Positions 41,363-51,486 of a stretch of DNA of 64,000 nucleotides are shown here, one piece after another. The stretch lies in NCBI GenBank assembly GCA_963665815.1, contig OY762463.1:1696001-1760000 (forward strand), in the 5' to 3' direction. Within the stretch, counting starts at the first letter, position 1; every line of letters starts with the position of its first letter. The notes beneath the pieces are model-generated. The model saw only the letters and a list, made by a program, of their open reading frames with translations, was not told where the DNA came from and ran no database searches. The position numbers and the translations under genes were made by a program. This DNA is from Candidatus Cloacimonadales bacterium (GTDB taxonomy: Bacteria > Cloacimonadota > Cloacimonadia > Cloacimonadales > JAIOQZ01).

Positions 41363-42163
41363 ATGAGTAAAGAGTTTTATCACAAAAAGAAATGGGGTCA
41401 ACACTTTCTGAATGACCCTAATATTATCAGAAAAATTGTCAAGTCAGCAGAAATTCAACCGGGAGAACATGTATGGGAAATTGGTCCGGGCAAAGGTGTT
41501 CTCACCGACGAAATCCTGAATTACAATCCACAACTCACAATCTTCGAGATTGATCCGTTCCTTATCCCCTATCTACAAGAGAGATACCAGGATGTTCTGA
41601 AATCAGGAAAAGCAGAACTTATCCATAAAGATGTAATGAAAACAAACTGGAGTGATTATATAGGATCTGATAAAATCAAAATTGTTGCAAACCTGCCTTA
41701 TCAGATTACTTCACCGCTAATGTTCAAGATAGTAGACTATATCGAGCATTTTGAGTCAGTAACAATTATGATTCAGAAGGAAGTTGCAGATCGTATTGCT
41801 GCCAAGGCGAGAACAAAGGACTATGGTAATTTGACAATAATGTTGAACTATTTCTTCAATATAGAGAAAATCAGCAAAGTCCCCCCACACTTGTTTACCC
41901 CTGCTCCTAAAGTACATTCAACAGTTATTAGACTTACACCAAGAGATGACAGCCCTGAAGTTACAAATATCAACGACTTCAAAAGGGTTGTGAGATGCGC
42001 ATTCAGTAACAGAAGAAAAATGCTGAGAAGGAATTTCAGGGATATTATGACAAGCCAACAGATTGATCACATTTCTAATAATTTTGACCTGTCAAGAAGA
42101 GGAGAAACTCTCAGTGAAGCAGAATTTATCTGGCTTTCTAATACTTTTTCTTCTATTAATTGA
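41363..42163 (+). CDS. rsmA: 16S rRNA m6(2)A dimethyltransferase RsmA/KsgA
   Basis: 'WGQHFL', 'EIGPGKGVLT', 'ANLPYQI', 'QKEVA', 'P.PKVHS', 'RRKML'. Confidence 0.96.
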   Translation: MSKEFYHKKKWGQHFLNDPNIIRKIVKSAEIQPGEHVWEIGPGKGVLTDEILNYNPQLTIFEIDPFLIPYLQERYQDVLKSGKAELIHKDVMKTNWSDYIGSDKIKIVANLPYQITSPLMFKIVDYIEHFESVTIMIQKEVADRIAAKARTKDYGNLTIMLNYFFNIEKISKVPPHLFTPAPKVHSTVIRLTPRDDSPEVTNINDFKRVVRCAFSNRRKMLRRNFRDIMTSQQIDHISNNFDLSRRGETLSEAEFIWLSNTFSSIN

Positions 42164-43850
42164 TTTTCCCGTACTCCGTGCAGAATGGAGATCCAGCTTT
42201 ACAACCAAAAAGGATGTAATGCAGTTTGAGAACAGTTTGAACATCAATACTGAGATTCTTGAAAACGTGCTGTACAATCAGGCTTTGCAAACTAGCCTGG
42301 AGCGTGATGAAGCTTTCAAAAGAAGCTCTACACAAACTATACAGAATTATTCTGTAGGCTACAAACTTAGAAACCAGGTTCACAGCCTTCTGTTGACCAG
42401 TACACGTTCTCTTGACACTGCCAGTCCCGGAGAGACTGATTACTACTATAAAAGAACTGATAATGAGCTGGGATACAGGTTTTCCCTTAGTGAAGAATCC
42501 AGTTTAAATATTGTTTCAGAAGCTAAATTTTCCAACATGGACAACATTATCAGACAAACTGAAGAAAAAAAATCAGACTCTGAAGGTTATAGTTTATCCA
42601 ATAGACTCATGTACAATTATGAAGATGATATAAATAGAATCGACTTCAGTCTCAATCACCAGTATTCAAGCAGAAAATATGATCCACTTTACGATTTTGT
42701 TTCTTTAAAACTGGACTGGAATTCCAGAGACACTAAATTTAATACATTGACTACTCTAAGCTATGAGAATGCATCAAAAGATATTTATCATTCATTTATC
42801 CATACCGATACTCATGAAAAACGAGAAATTGGCGTTATCAATAATACTGATGTTTACTTATCATCAGATACATTTCTTAACATGAACTGTAATCTTTATT
42901 CACTTAACAATCAATTCAGAGAAAATCAATTAAAGAGCTATGAGGTGGACAGCGGAGATTTCCTTATTGATCTTGAAACATCTTTTTATTTCTTTCATTT
43001 CAATTGGGGCTTTGATTTTGAAAAATACACAAAAACATTTGAACTTGAAGAAAACTCCTATGAGCAGAACATTTACAATCTGTACAATAAAACCGTTTTT
43101 TCTCCATCAAATGGAGATTCAATTGTCTTCACAGGAAAAACCAATTTCAAAAAAACCTCTACCCCATCACCTGAGAACCAGACTGATAATGACCAGATCA
43201 GTAATTCAATAGAATTAACATACATCGGTCAATTTGGTAAAAGATTCAGATTCAGAAACAGGATGTTTTACTACCTGAATGAGCAGGTCTATATTTCATC
43301 TGTCATGTCCGGTAACAACAAAATACGTAACAGTTACAATCTGCTTCCTGATATTAACATACATCTTGGAAGAGGATTTTATTTCTACCAGTATTATCAT
43401 TTAATGGCTGACTATGACGATTTTGTCTGGGATGAGTTTAATCAGGACAGATTATTCCGCAGGCTTACTGCTGCCTACCAGTTAGCTTATGATCCCGGTA
43501 GAAGCTTCTTCACAACTTACACATATACTCCATCCTCACCAATATTCATGTCATTCCTTTATGAATATCTTAAAAAAGATTCGGGAGAAATGAATGGAGA
43601 CATTTACACAAAATTTAATGAGTCAGAAATACATAAGTTTTGCTTTGATCTTAGATTAGAGATAGACAGAATAACATTTACATCTAAAACAACTTACTTT
43701 CAAAGTAATCTAAAAGAACTGGATGAGAAAATGAGTTTGATCTACGAATTTTCAGATAAATCTTTCATCTCAATTAATATAAATCCGAATAAAGCCAGTC
43801 TGGAAAAGTTTTACTGGAAAGTCAGTACAGAAATACTGCTGAATTTCTGA
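42114..43850 (+). CDS. Hypothetical exported protein, likely outer-membrane beta-barrel
   Basis: GTG start after GAGGAG, signal-peptide-like N-terminus, S/T/N/Y/F-rich alternating strands, C-terminal Phe. Confidence 0.6.
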   Translation: MKQNLSGFLILFLLLIDFPVLRAEWRSSFTTKKDVMQFENSLNINTEILENVLYNQALQTSLERDEAFKRSSTQTIQNYSVGYKLRNQVHSLLLTSTRSLDTASPGETDYYYKRTDNELGYRFSLSEESSLNIVSEAKFSNMDNIIRQTEEKKSDSEGYSLSNRLMYNYEDDINRIDFSLNHQYSSRKYDPLYDFVSLKLDWNSRDTKFNTLTTLSYENASKDIYHSFIHTDTHEKREIGVINNTDVYLSSDTFLNMNCNLYSLNNQFRENQLKSYEVDSGDFLIDLETSFYFFHFNWGFDFEKYTKTFELEENSYEQNIYNLYNKTVFSPSNGDSIVFTGKTNFKKTSTPSPENQTDNDQISNSIELTYIGQFGKRFRFRNRMFYYLNEQVYISSVMSGNNKIRNSYNLLPDINIHLGRGFYFYQYYHLMADYDDFVWDEFNQDRLFRRLTAAYQLAYDPGRSFFTTYTYTPSSPIFMSFLYEYLKKDSGEMNGDIYTKFNESEIHKFCFDLRLEIDRITFTSKTTYFQSNLKELDEKMSLIYEFSDKSFISININPNKASLEKFYWKVSTEILLNF

Positions 43851-43972
43851 CATAAAAACCTGCCGACAACAAAGCCAGCAGGTCAGTTTATAATGTATCC
43901 GGTTCTTTCTAACAATGTGTGATAGATAAAACAAAACTGTTGTAGTTCAGTTTATGATGTTTCGTACTACAA

Positions 43973-44123
43973 GAGACCTTTTCATAATTGGGGTTGTTAA
44001 CTCAATTTTAGAGTTAATCAAATTTTTACTCAAGACAAGCTTTCCTAAGAAGTTTTTCTAATGAATAAAAACTCATTGATACTTTTTTCAAAGCTGCTTA
44101 TCTTACTAATAGGCATAGCACTC
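43973..44123 (-). mobile_element. MITE-like repeat family A, copy 4 (degenerate)
   Basis: Reverse complement ends ...ctctaaaattgagttaacaaccccaattatgaaaaggtctc; begins 2 nt after the mrp stop. Confidence 0.7.
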
Positions 44124-44125
44124 CA

Positions 44126-44953
44126 CTATTTATGAATATCAAGTTTCTCAGCAACAGCTTCAATTGCTTTCTGGAACTCTTTTGCACCATCTTTTTTACT
44201 GTAATCATAGATGTAAGGTCTTCCGGCATCACCTGTTTCCATAATATTTGTATCCAGAGGGATTTTAGCAATTACATCAAGATCAAAGTCTTTTGCTGCT
44301 TTTTCAGCTCCGGATCCCTTAAACACATCAACCTTTTTATTACAGTGTGGGCAAGTAAGATAACTCATATTTTCGATTATTCCAAGAATAGGAATGTTCA
44401 GCTTCTGAGAGAACGAAATAGTCTTTCTTGCGTCAAGAAATGCTACATCCTGAGGAGTAGACACAATTACAGCTCCATCAATTTTCTTGAGGATCTGCAC
44501 AGCTGAAAGCGGTTCATCACCTGTTCCCGGAGGACAGTCAATTACTAACAGATCAAGTTCAGGCCATTCAATTTCCTGCATAAACTGCTTTATTACTCCC
44601 ATTTTTGCAGGACCTCTCCAGATTACAGGTTCGTCCGGTCCCGGAAGTAAAGAAGCAATACTCAGTGCATGAAGATTATCATGAACTTTAACAGGTGTAG
44701 GCATTTCACCTTCATTATTTCCAATTCCTATTCCTTCAATACCAAGCATTTTAACAATTGAAGGACCATGGAGGTCTACATCCAGAATTCCAACCTTGTA
44801 TCCGGAAATCGCAAAACCGTAAGCCATATTAACCGCAACCGTGCTCTTACCAACACCGCCTTTACCACTTAAAACTATAAGTTTCTTTTTAATTCTTCCA
44901 ATGTTATCTTCTAACATCTTCAATTGATCAGGGGTATTCAAATCTCTTTCCAT
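44126..44953 (-). CDS. mrp: Mrp/NBP35 (ApbC) Fe-S cluster carrier ATPase
   Basis: 'SGKGGVGKST', 'WRGP', 'DCPPGTGDE', 'ENMS...CPHC'; ATG 44953 after AGGAG. Confidence 0.93.
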   Translation of the reverse strand: MERDLNTPDQLKMLEDNIGRIKKKLIVLSGKGGVGKSTVAVNMAYGFAISGYKVGILDVDLHGPSIVKMLGIEGIGIGNNEGEMPTPVKVHDNLHALSIASLLPGPDEPVIWRGPAKMGVIKQFMQEIEWPELDLLVIDCPPGTGDEPLSAVQILKKIDGAVIVSTPQDVAFLDARKTISFSQKLNIPILGIIENMSYLTCPHCNKKVDVFKGSGAEKAAKDFDLDVIAKIPLDTNIMETGDAGRPYIYDYSKKDGAKEFQKAIEAVAEKLDIHK

Positions 44954-45027
44954 AATTATCTCCTTTGAGGCAAAAAAGTTGAAACTTGGTTCATCTATCA
45001 AGTATTTTTTTGAAAACGTTCATCTTC

Positions 45028-45061
45028 GCACAAAATTGTTCAAATCCGAACAAATATGTAA
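45028..45061 (+). promoter_or_regulatory. Candidate enhancer-binding-protein sites (tandem dyads)
   Basis: acaaaattgt and acaaatatgt spaced exactly 20 bp, ~110-145 bp upstream of the sigma-54 motif. Confidence 0.35.
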
Positions 45062-45171
45062 TATCTAATTGATTTAAAAAAATGCAAAAATGATATAAAA
45101 AAAACAATAAAAAAATGTAATTATATTTAATACACAGCATTATAAGAAGTGAAAACAATAAGATTGAGTTT

Positions 45172-45187
45172 TGGCACTTAATTTGCA
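45172..45187 (+). promoter_or_regulatory. Sigma-54 (-24/-12) promoter
   Basis: TGGCAC-TTAAT-TTGCA, near-perfect match to TGGCAC-N5-TTGCW. Confidence 0.7.
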
Positions 45188-45347
45188 ATTGTTAAAAGTG
45201 GAACCTGAATGGATCAGATTCAGGTCCCGATTGGTTGAAAAGAATCTAATTAAACATCCTTAATGCAAATATTATTAATCAGTTCAGTATTTGCAAGATT
45301 TTTTTCAACAATTCTGAATTTTAACCCTATGAAAGATCGGAGGAACA

Positions 45348-46676
45348 ATGAAAAAGAGTCTTGCTTTATTAGTAGTTTTAGGTTTATTTTGTATCATTTA
45401 CGCTGAAAACCTTACAATAGAATCATTTGCCAACTCATATGTGGATAACTCTAATGCAATTGCACTATATGATGATGCTTACTGGGTTGCAACAGATAAT
45501 GGTCTCGCCAAGGTATTCGGTTCACAGTCATCTATCGGTGGAATCAATTATTATAATGCAGAATCCGGATTGCTTAATGACAAAATTACATCCTTCACTG
45601 AATACAACGGACGTTTATGGATAGGAAGTCATGGAGGAATCAACGTTTTAGAATCAGATATCAATACCATTGGTTCAATAACATGTTCTGACGGACTATG
45701 CTGTGATTCAATCAATGCAATATCAAGTATTGACAATGCTATCTGGATTGGAACTTGCAACGGTGTTACAATAATGAACAGAACCCATGGAATCCCTGTC
45801 AGAAGTTACACAATTGATACTCTTAAAACAAATGATGGCTTATTATGCAATAATATTCAGGCTTTAGAAGTGGGAAGAATGTTTAACAAGAATGTTGGTT
45901 TCATAGGAACAGCATCCGGACTCAACTATTCTTACAAGGATTTAGGTAGTTATGTATGTCAATCTATCAGTACAGCTGAAGGTTTGACATCAAATGATAT
46001 CAGAGATATCGAAGTATCAGGTCAGAATGTCTGGATTGCAACAAGCTCAGGAGTTTCAGTTGTGAGATTCAGTACAGATTTCAGTACATACACAATTTCT
46101 GAATACAATATGAGTGATGGGCTTCCAACAGATAACATAAGAAGCGTTTCCGCAGGAATTGACAATACTTACTGGTTCGGAACAGATGCCGGAGTTGTAA
46201 AACTTAAGTTTCAAACAATACCTGTCAGATCTGATGCTCAGCCTGTCTTCAGAACTTATACAACAGAAGACGGACTTCTGAGCAATGATATCGGGGCTGT
46301 AACTTATGTTGATAGAAAACTACTGGTTGCTTCTGACACAGGATTCAATGTAATGGACTTTAATCCTGCTGCTACCGATGATACATTGATACCTGCACTG
46401 GAAAAAGTAAGTATTACAAACTACCCTAATCCATTTAATCCTGAAACAAAAATCAGCTATAACATTCCAACTTCAGGTTATACTGAAGTAACAATATTCA
46501 ATATAAAAGGACAAATAGTACAAAAACTTGTAAACGAATATAAATCCTCAGGAATTCATACAATTAACTGGAACGGCAAAAATGCCAATAACCAAAATGT
46601 CTCAAGCGGCCTGTACTTCTGTAAAATTGCTCATGCAGAAGGATCAGATATTACAAAAATGTCACTATTAAAGTAA
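45348..46676 (+). CDS. Secreted beta-propeller (two-component-regulator-propeller-type repeats) with FlgD-Ig/T9SS-like C-terminal domain
   Basis: Signal peptide; repeats 'DGL.sN.I..I...W(I/F)GT..G'; tail 'NYPNPFNPETKI...SSGLYF...KMSLLK'. Confidence 0.85.
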   Translation: MKKSLALLVVLGLFCIIYAENLTIESFANSYVDNSNAIALYDDAYWVATDNGLAKVFGSQSSIGGINYYNAESGLLNDKITSFTEYNGRLWIGSHGGINVLESDINTIGSITCSDGLCCDSINAISSIDNAIWIGTCNGVTIMNRTHGIPVRSYTIDTLKTNDGLLCNNIQALEVGRMFNKNVGFIGTASGLNYSYKDLGSYVCQSISTAEGLTSNDIRDIEVSGQNVWIATSSGVSVVRFSTDFSTYTISEYNMSDGLPTDNIRSVSAGIDNTYWFGTDAGVVKLKFQTIPVRSDAQPVFRTYTTEDGLLSNDIGAVTYVDRKLLVASDTGFNVMDFNPAATDDTLIPALEKVSITNYPNPFNPETKISYNIPTSGYTEVTIFNIKGQIVQKLVNEYKSSGIHTINWNGKNANNQNVSSGLYFCKIAHAEGSDITKMSLLK

Positions 46677-46707
46677 TCTTACTCTTTCCCCGCCCAACTT
46701 GAGGCTC

Positions 46708-46738
46708 AGGCTGTTGACTGTGTTAACAGCCTTTTTTT
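46708..46738 (+). terminator. Rho-independent terminator
   Basis: aggctgtt...aacagcct followed by a T run. Confidence 0.8.
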
Positions 46739-46812
46739 CATATTTTTATAAACAATCTGCTATTTTCTTTTGACTTTTATATACAAGCTGTTTTTTTTTA
46801 CTTGAGGTTGTT

Positions 46813-47880
46813 ATGAATATATTCAAAAGAAAACAGACGAAAACGATAAAGTTAGGTGATATTCTTATTGGGGGAGGTAATACAGTATCCGTGCAATCCA
46901 TGCTGAAAACAGGAAAACTCAATATCGCTGTTGAACAGTGTATTGAACTGGAAAATGCAGGCTGCGATATTGTACGACTCGCTGTTCCTGATCTGGAAAC
47001 CGCTGAGTGGATACCGGAATTAAAGAAACATACATCAATGCCTTTGATTGCAGATATTCACTTCGATTATAAACTTGCAATTGCATCTCTCGAAAACGGG
47101 ATAGATGGCTTGAGGATAAACCCTGGTAATATTGGCTCAGAAGAAAATGTACGTAAAATCGTTGATCGACTCAAAGATAAGAAAATACCTGTGCGGATAG
47201 GAGTTAACAGCGGATCAATAAACAAGAAATATCTAGATAAATATGGAGTTTGCCCGGAATCTCTTGTAGAAAGTGCATTAGAACATGTAAGAATTCTGGA
47301 GAAACTGAATTATGAAGAGATTAAGATATCAGTAAAAGCTTCTTCTGTTCCTATGATGATAAATTCATACAGAATACTCTCGGAAAAAGTTGATTATCCA
47401 CTTCATCTCGGAGTAACTGAAGCAGGAACCGACTTTGCTGGTACAATAAAATCTTCCGTAGGTATTGGAACTTTACTGGCAGAAGGGATTGGTGATACAA
47501 TACGGGTTTCCCTGACCGAATCCCCGGTAAACGAGATACACGTTGCCCATGAATTACTTAAATCTCTTGAATTAGTTGAAGGCATGGAGTTTGTTTCCTG
47601 TCCAACATGTGGAAGAACTAAAATAGATATAATTTCTCTCGCTAAGAAAGTTGAAAAAGCTCTTGAAAGATTTAAGGAATATCCCTTGAAAATAGCAGTA
47701 ATGGGATGTATTGTAAATGGTCCCGGAGAAGCAAGAGAAGCCGACTTTGGTATTGCAGGAGGAATCGGTGAAGGATTAATCTTCAGTAAGGGTGAAATTC
47801 TGAAGAAAGTCAAAGAACAAGATCTTCTTCCAGAACTTGTAAAAATAATTGAAAATCACCTGTCATCCAACAATGAATAA
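46813..47880 (+). CDS. ispG: 4-hydroxy-3-methylbut-2-en-1-yl diphosphate synthase
   Basis: 'VQSM', 'ADIHF', 'RINPGNI', 'HLGVTEAG', 'SCPTCGR', 'MGCIVNGPGE'. Confidence 0.97.
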   Translation: MNIFKRKQTKTIKLGDILIGGGNTVSVQSMLKTGKLNIAVEQCIELENAGCDIVRLAVPDLETAEWIPELKKHTSMPLIADIHFDYKLAIASLENGIDGLRINPGNIGSEENVRKIVDRLKDKKIPVRIGVNSGSINKKYLDKYGVCPESLVESALEHVRILEKLNYEEIKISVKASSVPMMINSYRILSEKVDYPLHLGVTEAGTDFAGTIKSSVGIGTLLAEGIGDTIRVSLTESPVNEIHVAHELLKSLELVEGMEFVSCPTCGRTKIDIISLAKKVEKALERFKEYPLKIAVMGCIVNGPGEAREADFGIAGGIGEGLIFSKGEILKKVKEQDLLPELVKIIENHLSSNNE

Positions 47881-49558
47881 AACTCTTTCCCTGATTGTAA
47901 TACTTGTTATCTTATCTGCTAATGCTCATTGTATTCTGAAAGTCTCTGAGATCAGATTTGAGGGGAACACAAAAGTCAGCGATCAGCAGCTTGTTAAAAA
48001 AGCCCTGCTTTCCATAGGTGAAGAATTCTCACAAAAAAAAGCGAATGACACTTCCAAAATACTTATGAACCTCTACAAAGAAAAAAGCATTCTCGATGTT
48101 TATGTATTCTATCCTGAGATTAGCATAGAAAACGAGTCTGTTATTGTCACGTACAAAATTAAAGAAGGTAATACATTAAAGGTGAAAAAACTCACCTTTC
48201 AAGGAAATAAGTACTTCAGCAGTTATAAACTGAAAGAGTTCCTCAACATCAAAGATACTGATATAATGGAACTAAGTGACATCCCCTTTATCCTCAAAGA
48301 AATCACTAATCTATATATCAATAGAGGATACCTGTTCATTGAAACATCACTTAAGGATGTAATTAAACATCAAGAACACCTTGAGATTATTATAGAAATC
48401 AAAGAAGGAAAGGAATTTCGGATATCAAAACTTGTATTTCAGGGAAATAAAACATCCAAGGCAAAAAGTCTGAAGAAAATATCTCAGATAAACGGAATAA
48501 CTAATTTCAATCGTAATACACTAAGGAAGATTGAAAACAATCTCACATCACGAAAATATATTAAATCATGTAATGCTGTACCAGTCAATTCTGAAACATT
48601 ACTGCTTCAGGTCGAAGAAGGGAAAATGACATATTTCTCTGCTTTAATGGGATATGATGAATCTGATAAAAATAAGAAGACAATAACCGGTTATGCAACT
48701 CTGAATCTTTATAATCTTTTTGGGTCAGACAGATCTCTGGAAATAAAATGGGAGAAATATAATAAACATAGTTCATTGATTGAAGCGAATTATTTCGATC
48801 CTCTACCATTTAAGATCCCTTTATCTGCTGAAACAGGACTTTTCAGAGAAATTATTGACTCAACTCTTATTCATACTGAGGTCAACTTCAGACTGATATA
48901 TAGTACTTTATACAACTCTGTCGGACTTCAGTTTGAGCTTGAAGATTATATTCCCGGGACTCGAAGACCTAAAATCTATGAGAAAAAGTCTCTTAAAAGC
49001 TATGGAGCTATATGGAAACATAACAATCTGGACAATAATGTTAACCCATCCACGGGACACGAACTCTCTACAACATATTCTTTCAAGTTTTACAAAGAGA
49101 ATGGAGATTTAAAAAATTATCAGACCAGTGAATTTTCTGTCTGGCAGTTTTTCAAATTGAGAAAAAGACTTGTTCTCGGAGTCTCACTTAATGGGAAAAA
49201 TATAGATAATAAAGAGCTTGAGGATTTTGAATTATTCGAACTTGGAGGTAATAATAACCTCAGAGGATATAGAGAAAAATCCATGCGGGGATACAGAATT
49301 GGCTGGAGTAATATTGAACTGCGTCAATTAATATCCGGAAACTCAAGAATATTTGTGTTTGCTGATTTTGGCTATCTTGAAAACATGATTGAAGATAAAA
49401 AAACAACGCTGTCTGACCTGAAAAGTATTGGTTTCGGAATGAGATTTGATACGGCAGTAGGCTTACTGAAACTTGATTATGCCATAGGATATCTTGACGA
49501 TAAATGGACTGATATTTCTAATGGATTTATTCATTTTGGAATTGAAACCAGTTTCTGA
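47873..49558 (+). CDS. BamA/TamA (Omp85) family outer-membrane protein with POTRA domains
   Basis: POTRA 'FEGNTK', 'FQGNKY', 'FQGNKT'; 'LRGYRE' loop; C-terminal 'HFGIETSF'. Confidence 0.85.
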   Translation: MNKTLSLIVILVILSANAHCILKVSEIRFEGNTKVSDQQLVKKALLSIGEEFSQKKANDTSKILMNLYKEKSILDVYVFYPEISIENESVIVTYKIKEGNTLKVKKLTFQGNKYFSSYKLKEFLNIKDTDIMELSDIPFILKEITNLYINRGYLFIETSLKDVIKHQEHLEIIIEIKEGKEFRISKLVFQGNKTSKAKSLKKISQINGITNFNRNTLRKIENNLTSRKYIKSCNAVPVNSETLLLQVEEGKMTYFSALMGYDESDKNKKTITGYATLNLYNLFGSDRSLEIKWEKYNKHSSLIEANYFDPLPFKIPLSAETGLFREIIDSTLIHTEVNFRLIYSTLYNSVGLQFELEDYIPGTRRPKIYEKKSLKSYGAIWKHNNLDNNVNPSTGHELSTTYSFKFYKENGDLKNYQTSEFSVWQFFKLRKRLVLGVSLNGKNIDNKELEDFELFELGGNNNLRGYREKSMRGYRIGWSNIELRQLISGNSRIFVFADFGYLENMIEDKKTTLSDLKSIGFGMRFDTAVGLLKLDYAIGYLDDKWTDISNGFIHFGIETSF

Positions 49559-49571
49559 CAAAGGAGCGGAG

Positions 49572-50375
49572 ATGAAAAACAAAATACTTAAAATATGGGA
49601 AAAGAATGAGTTTTCTCAGGACGACCTTCTAACATTCAACGAATTTAAAGAAGGACTCAACAAGGGAATTTATCGATCTGCACAGAAAATTAATGGTGAA
49701 TGGATAACAAATGAATGGGTAAAAAAAGGAATATTAATCGGATTCAAAATTGGTGAAAATATTCCGATGCCTAACATTGAAACATTCGATTTTATAGATA
49801 AAAACACATATCCTGTAAGACGATTCACAACCAAAGACAAAATCCGGCTTGTTCCGGGTGGATCATCCGTGAGAGATGGAGCATACATCGCACCTCATGT
49901 TACTATGATGCCGCCCATGTACGTAAATGTTGGAGCTTATGTTGATGAAGGTTCTATGATTGATTCCCACGCTCTTGTGGGGACATGTGCCCAGATTGGG
50001 AAACGGGTTCACCTCAGTGCAGGTGCAATGATTGGCGGAGTTCTGGAACCAATGAATGCGAATCCGGTAATTATTGAAGATAACTGTTTCATAGGTGGGA
50101 ATACCGGTATATATGAAGGTGTTATTGTTAAAGAACAGGCAATTATTGCTGCCGGCGTTATCATTACCGGAGGAACTCCGGTTTACGATGCAGTTAATGA
50201 TAAATATCTGGATTTTTCAGAAAAGAAAATTATCCCTGAAAGAGCAGTTGTTGTAGCAGGCAGCAGACCATTAAAATCAAATCCTGAATTTTCAATCTAC
50301 TGTCCGATAATTATCAAATACAGAGACAGCAAAACTGAAAGCTCTGTTGTGCTGGAAGAACTTCTCAGAAAGTAG
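49572..50375 (+). CDS. dapD: Tetrahydrodipicolinate N-succinyltransferase
   Basis: 'WVKKGIL', 'R.VPG', 'YVNVGAYVD', 'CAQIG', 'IGGVLEP', 'IIEDNCFIG'. Confidence 0.92.
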   Translation: MKNKILKIWEKNEFSQDDLLTFNEFKEGLNKGIYRSAQKINGEWITNEWVKKGILIGFKIGENIPMPNIETFDFIDKNTYPVRRFTTKDKIRLVPGGSSVRDGAYIAPHVTMMPPMYVNVGAYVDEGSMIDSHALVGTCAQIGKRVHLSAGAMIGGVLEPMNANPVIIEDNCFIGGNTGIYEGVIVKEQAIIAAGVIITGGTPVYDAVNDKYLDFSEKKIIPERAVVVAGSRPLKSNPEFSIYCPIIIKYRDSKTESSVVLEELLRK

Positions 50376-50380
50376 GTATC

Positions 50381-51466
50381 TTGATTAATCCGACTCATAA
50401 CATAGGAAAATCTGTCATAAGACAGTTTGTTGATAAAGCTCAACCAGGCTCAATAAATCTTGGCCTGGGAGAAATTAACATACCTCTGCATTCGTCAATT
50501 TCCGAGATTGGAAAACGAGTTATCAGAGAGAAACGTATAGGTTATACGCCCAATGCAGGACTTCCTGAGTTAAGAAAAGCAATATCAACCTATTACAATA
50601 ACACTATTTCACTGAATGGAGTATGTGTAATGAATGGAGCACAGGAAGGGCTGTTTGCTCTTTTGTTTACATACCTGAATCCAGGAGATGAAGTAATACT
50701 GGTTGATCCATGCTATCCTGCTTATGATTCCGTTGTGCAGATGTGTAAAGGGCAGATACGCTATTGCAGTTTATCCCCCGAAGACAACTTCAGAATGAAC
50801 TTCGATCTTCTGATTGAGCAAATAAACAAAAACACAAAGTTCATTGTTATCAATCAACCATCGAATCCTCTTGGAACTGCATTAACGGATAGTGAACTGA
50901 AAAAGCTGGCAGTTATTGCTGAAAAGCATAATCTAACTATCATCAGTGATGAGGTTTACAGAGAATTATATACGGTAGAACGCGGTTCAACTATACTGGA
51001 CTTCAGTGATAGAGCAGTTGTTATTTCAAGCTTATCAAAATCACATGGAATGACAGGCTGGCGACTGGGATGGATTGCCGGTTCTGAGGAATTTATAAAG
51101 CCAATAATTGTTACTCATCAATATTTAACAACGTGTGCAAACAGCCTCGCACAACATACAGCCATAGAAATATTCAATAACTGCTTTGAAGAAGCAAATA
51201 TATACATCAAAGATTTCTTAGATACTAATAGAATACTTGCAGAGAAACTACTTCACAGATTTGAAATGATAAAAGGGGAATTTCATCCATTTCTGTTTGT
51301 AAAAGTACCTGACAACAATTTTGCGGAAGAGATGCTTGAGAAAAAAGTAATCGTCATTCCAGGACATGCATTCAGCCAAAGAAACATGAACTGGGTAAGA
51401 ATTTCTTATGGAGTAGCTGAAGAATATCTGATAAAAGGTCTTTCTATTATTTTAGGGAGTACATAA
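50381..51466 (+). CDS. Class I/II PLP-dependent aminotransferase (DapC candidate by context)
   Basis: 'Y..NAGLPELR', 'PSNPLG', 'SDEVY', 'SLSKSHGMTGWRLG'. Confidence 0.85.
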   Translation: MINPTHNIGKSVIRQFVDKAQPGSINLGLGEINIPLHSSISEIGKRVIREKRIGYTPNAGLPELRKAISTYYNNTISLNGVCVMNGAQEGLFALLFTYLNPGDEVILVDPCYPAYDSVVQMCKGQIRYCSLSPEDNFRMNFDLLIEQINKNTKFIVINQPSNPLGTALTDSELKKLAVIAEKHNLTIISDEVYRELYTVERGSTILDFSDRAVVISSLSKSHGMTGWRLGWIAGSEEFIKPIIVTHQYLTTCANSLAQHTAIEIFNNCFEEANIYIKDFLDTNRILAEKLLHRFEMIKGEFHPFLFVKVPDNNFAEEMLEKKVIVIPGHAFSQRNMNWVRISYGVAEEYLIKGLSIILGST

Positions 51467-51486
51467 ATGATAAATTAGGGGGAAAA

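Noticed and set aside
44991..45188. 65-aa hydrophobic minus-strand ORF
   Set aside because: Arises from A-tract-rich promoter DNA overlapping the sigma-54 site
49572..51466. dapD plus aminotransferase as a novel pathway
   Set aside because: Consistent with the ordinary succinylase route of DAP/lysine synthesis (DapD plus DapC-like)
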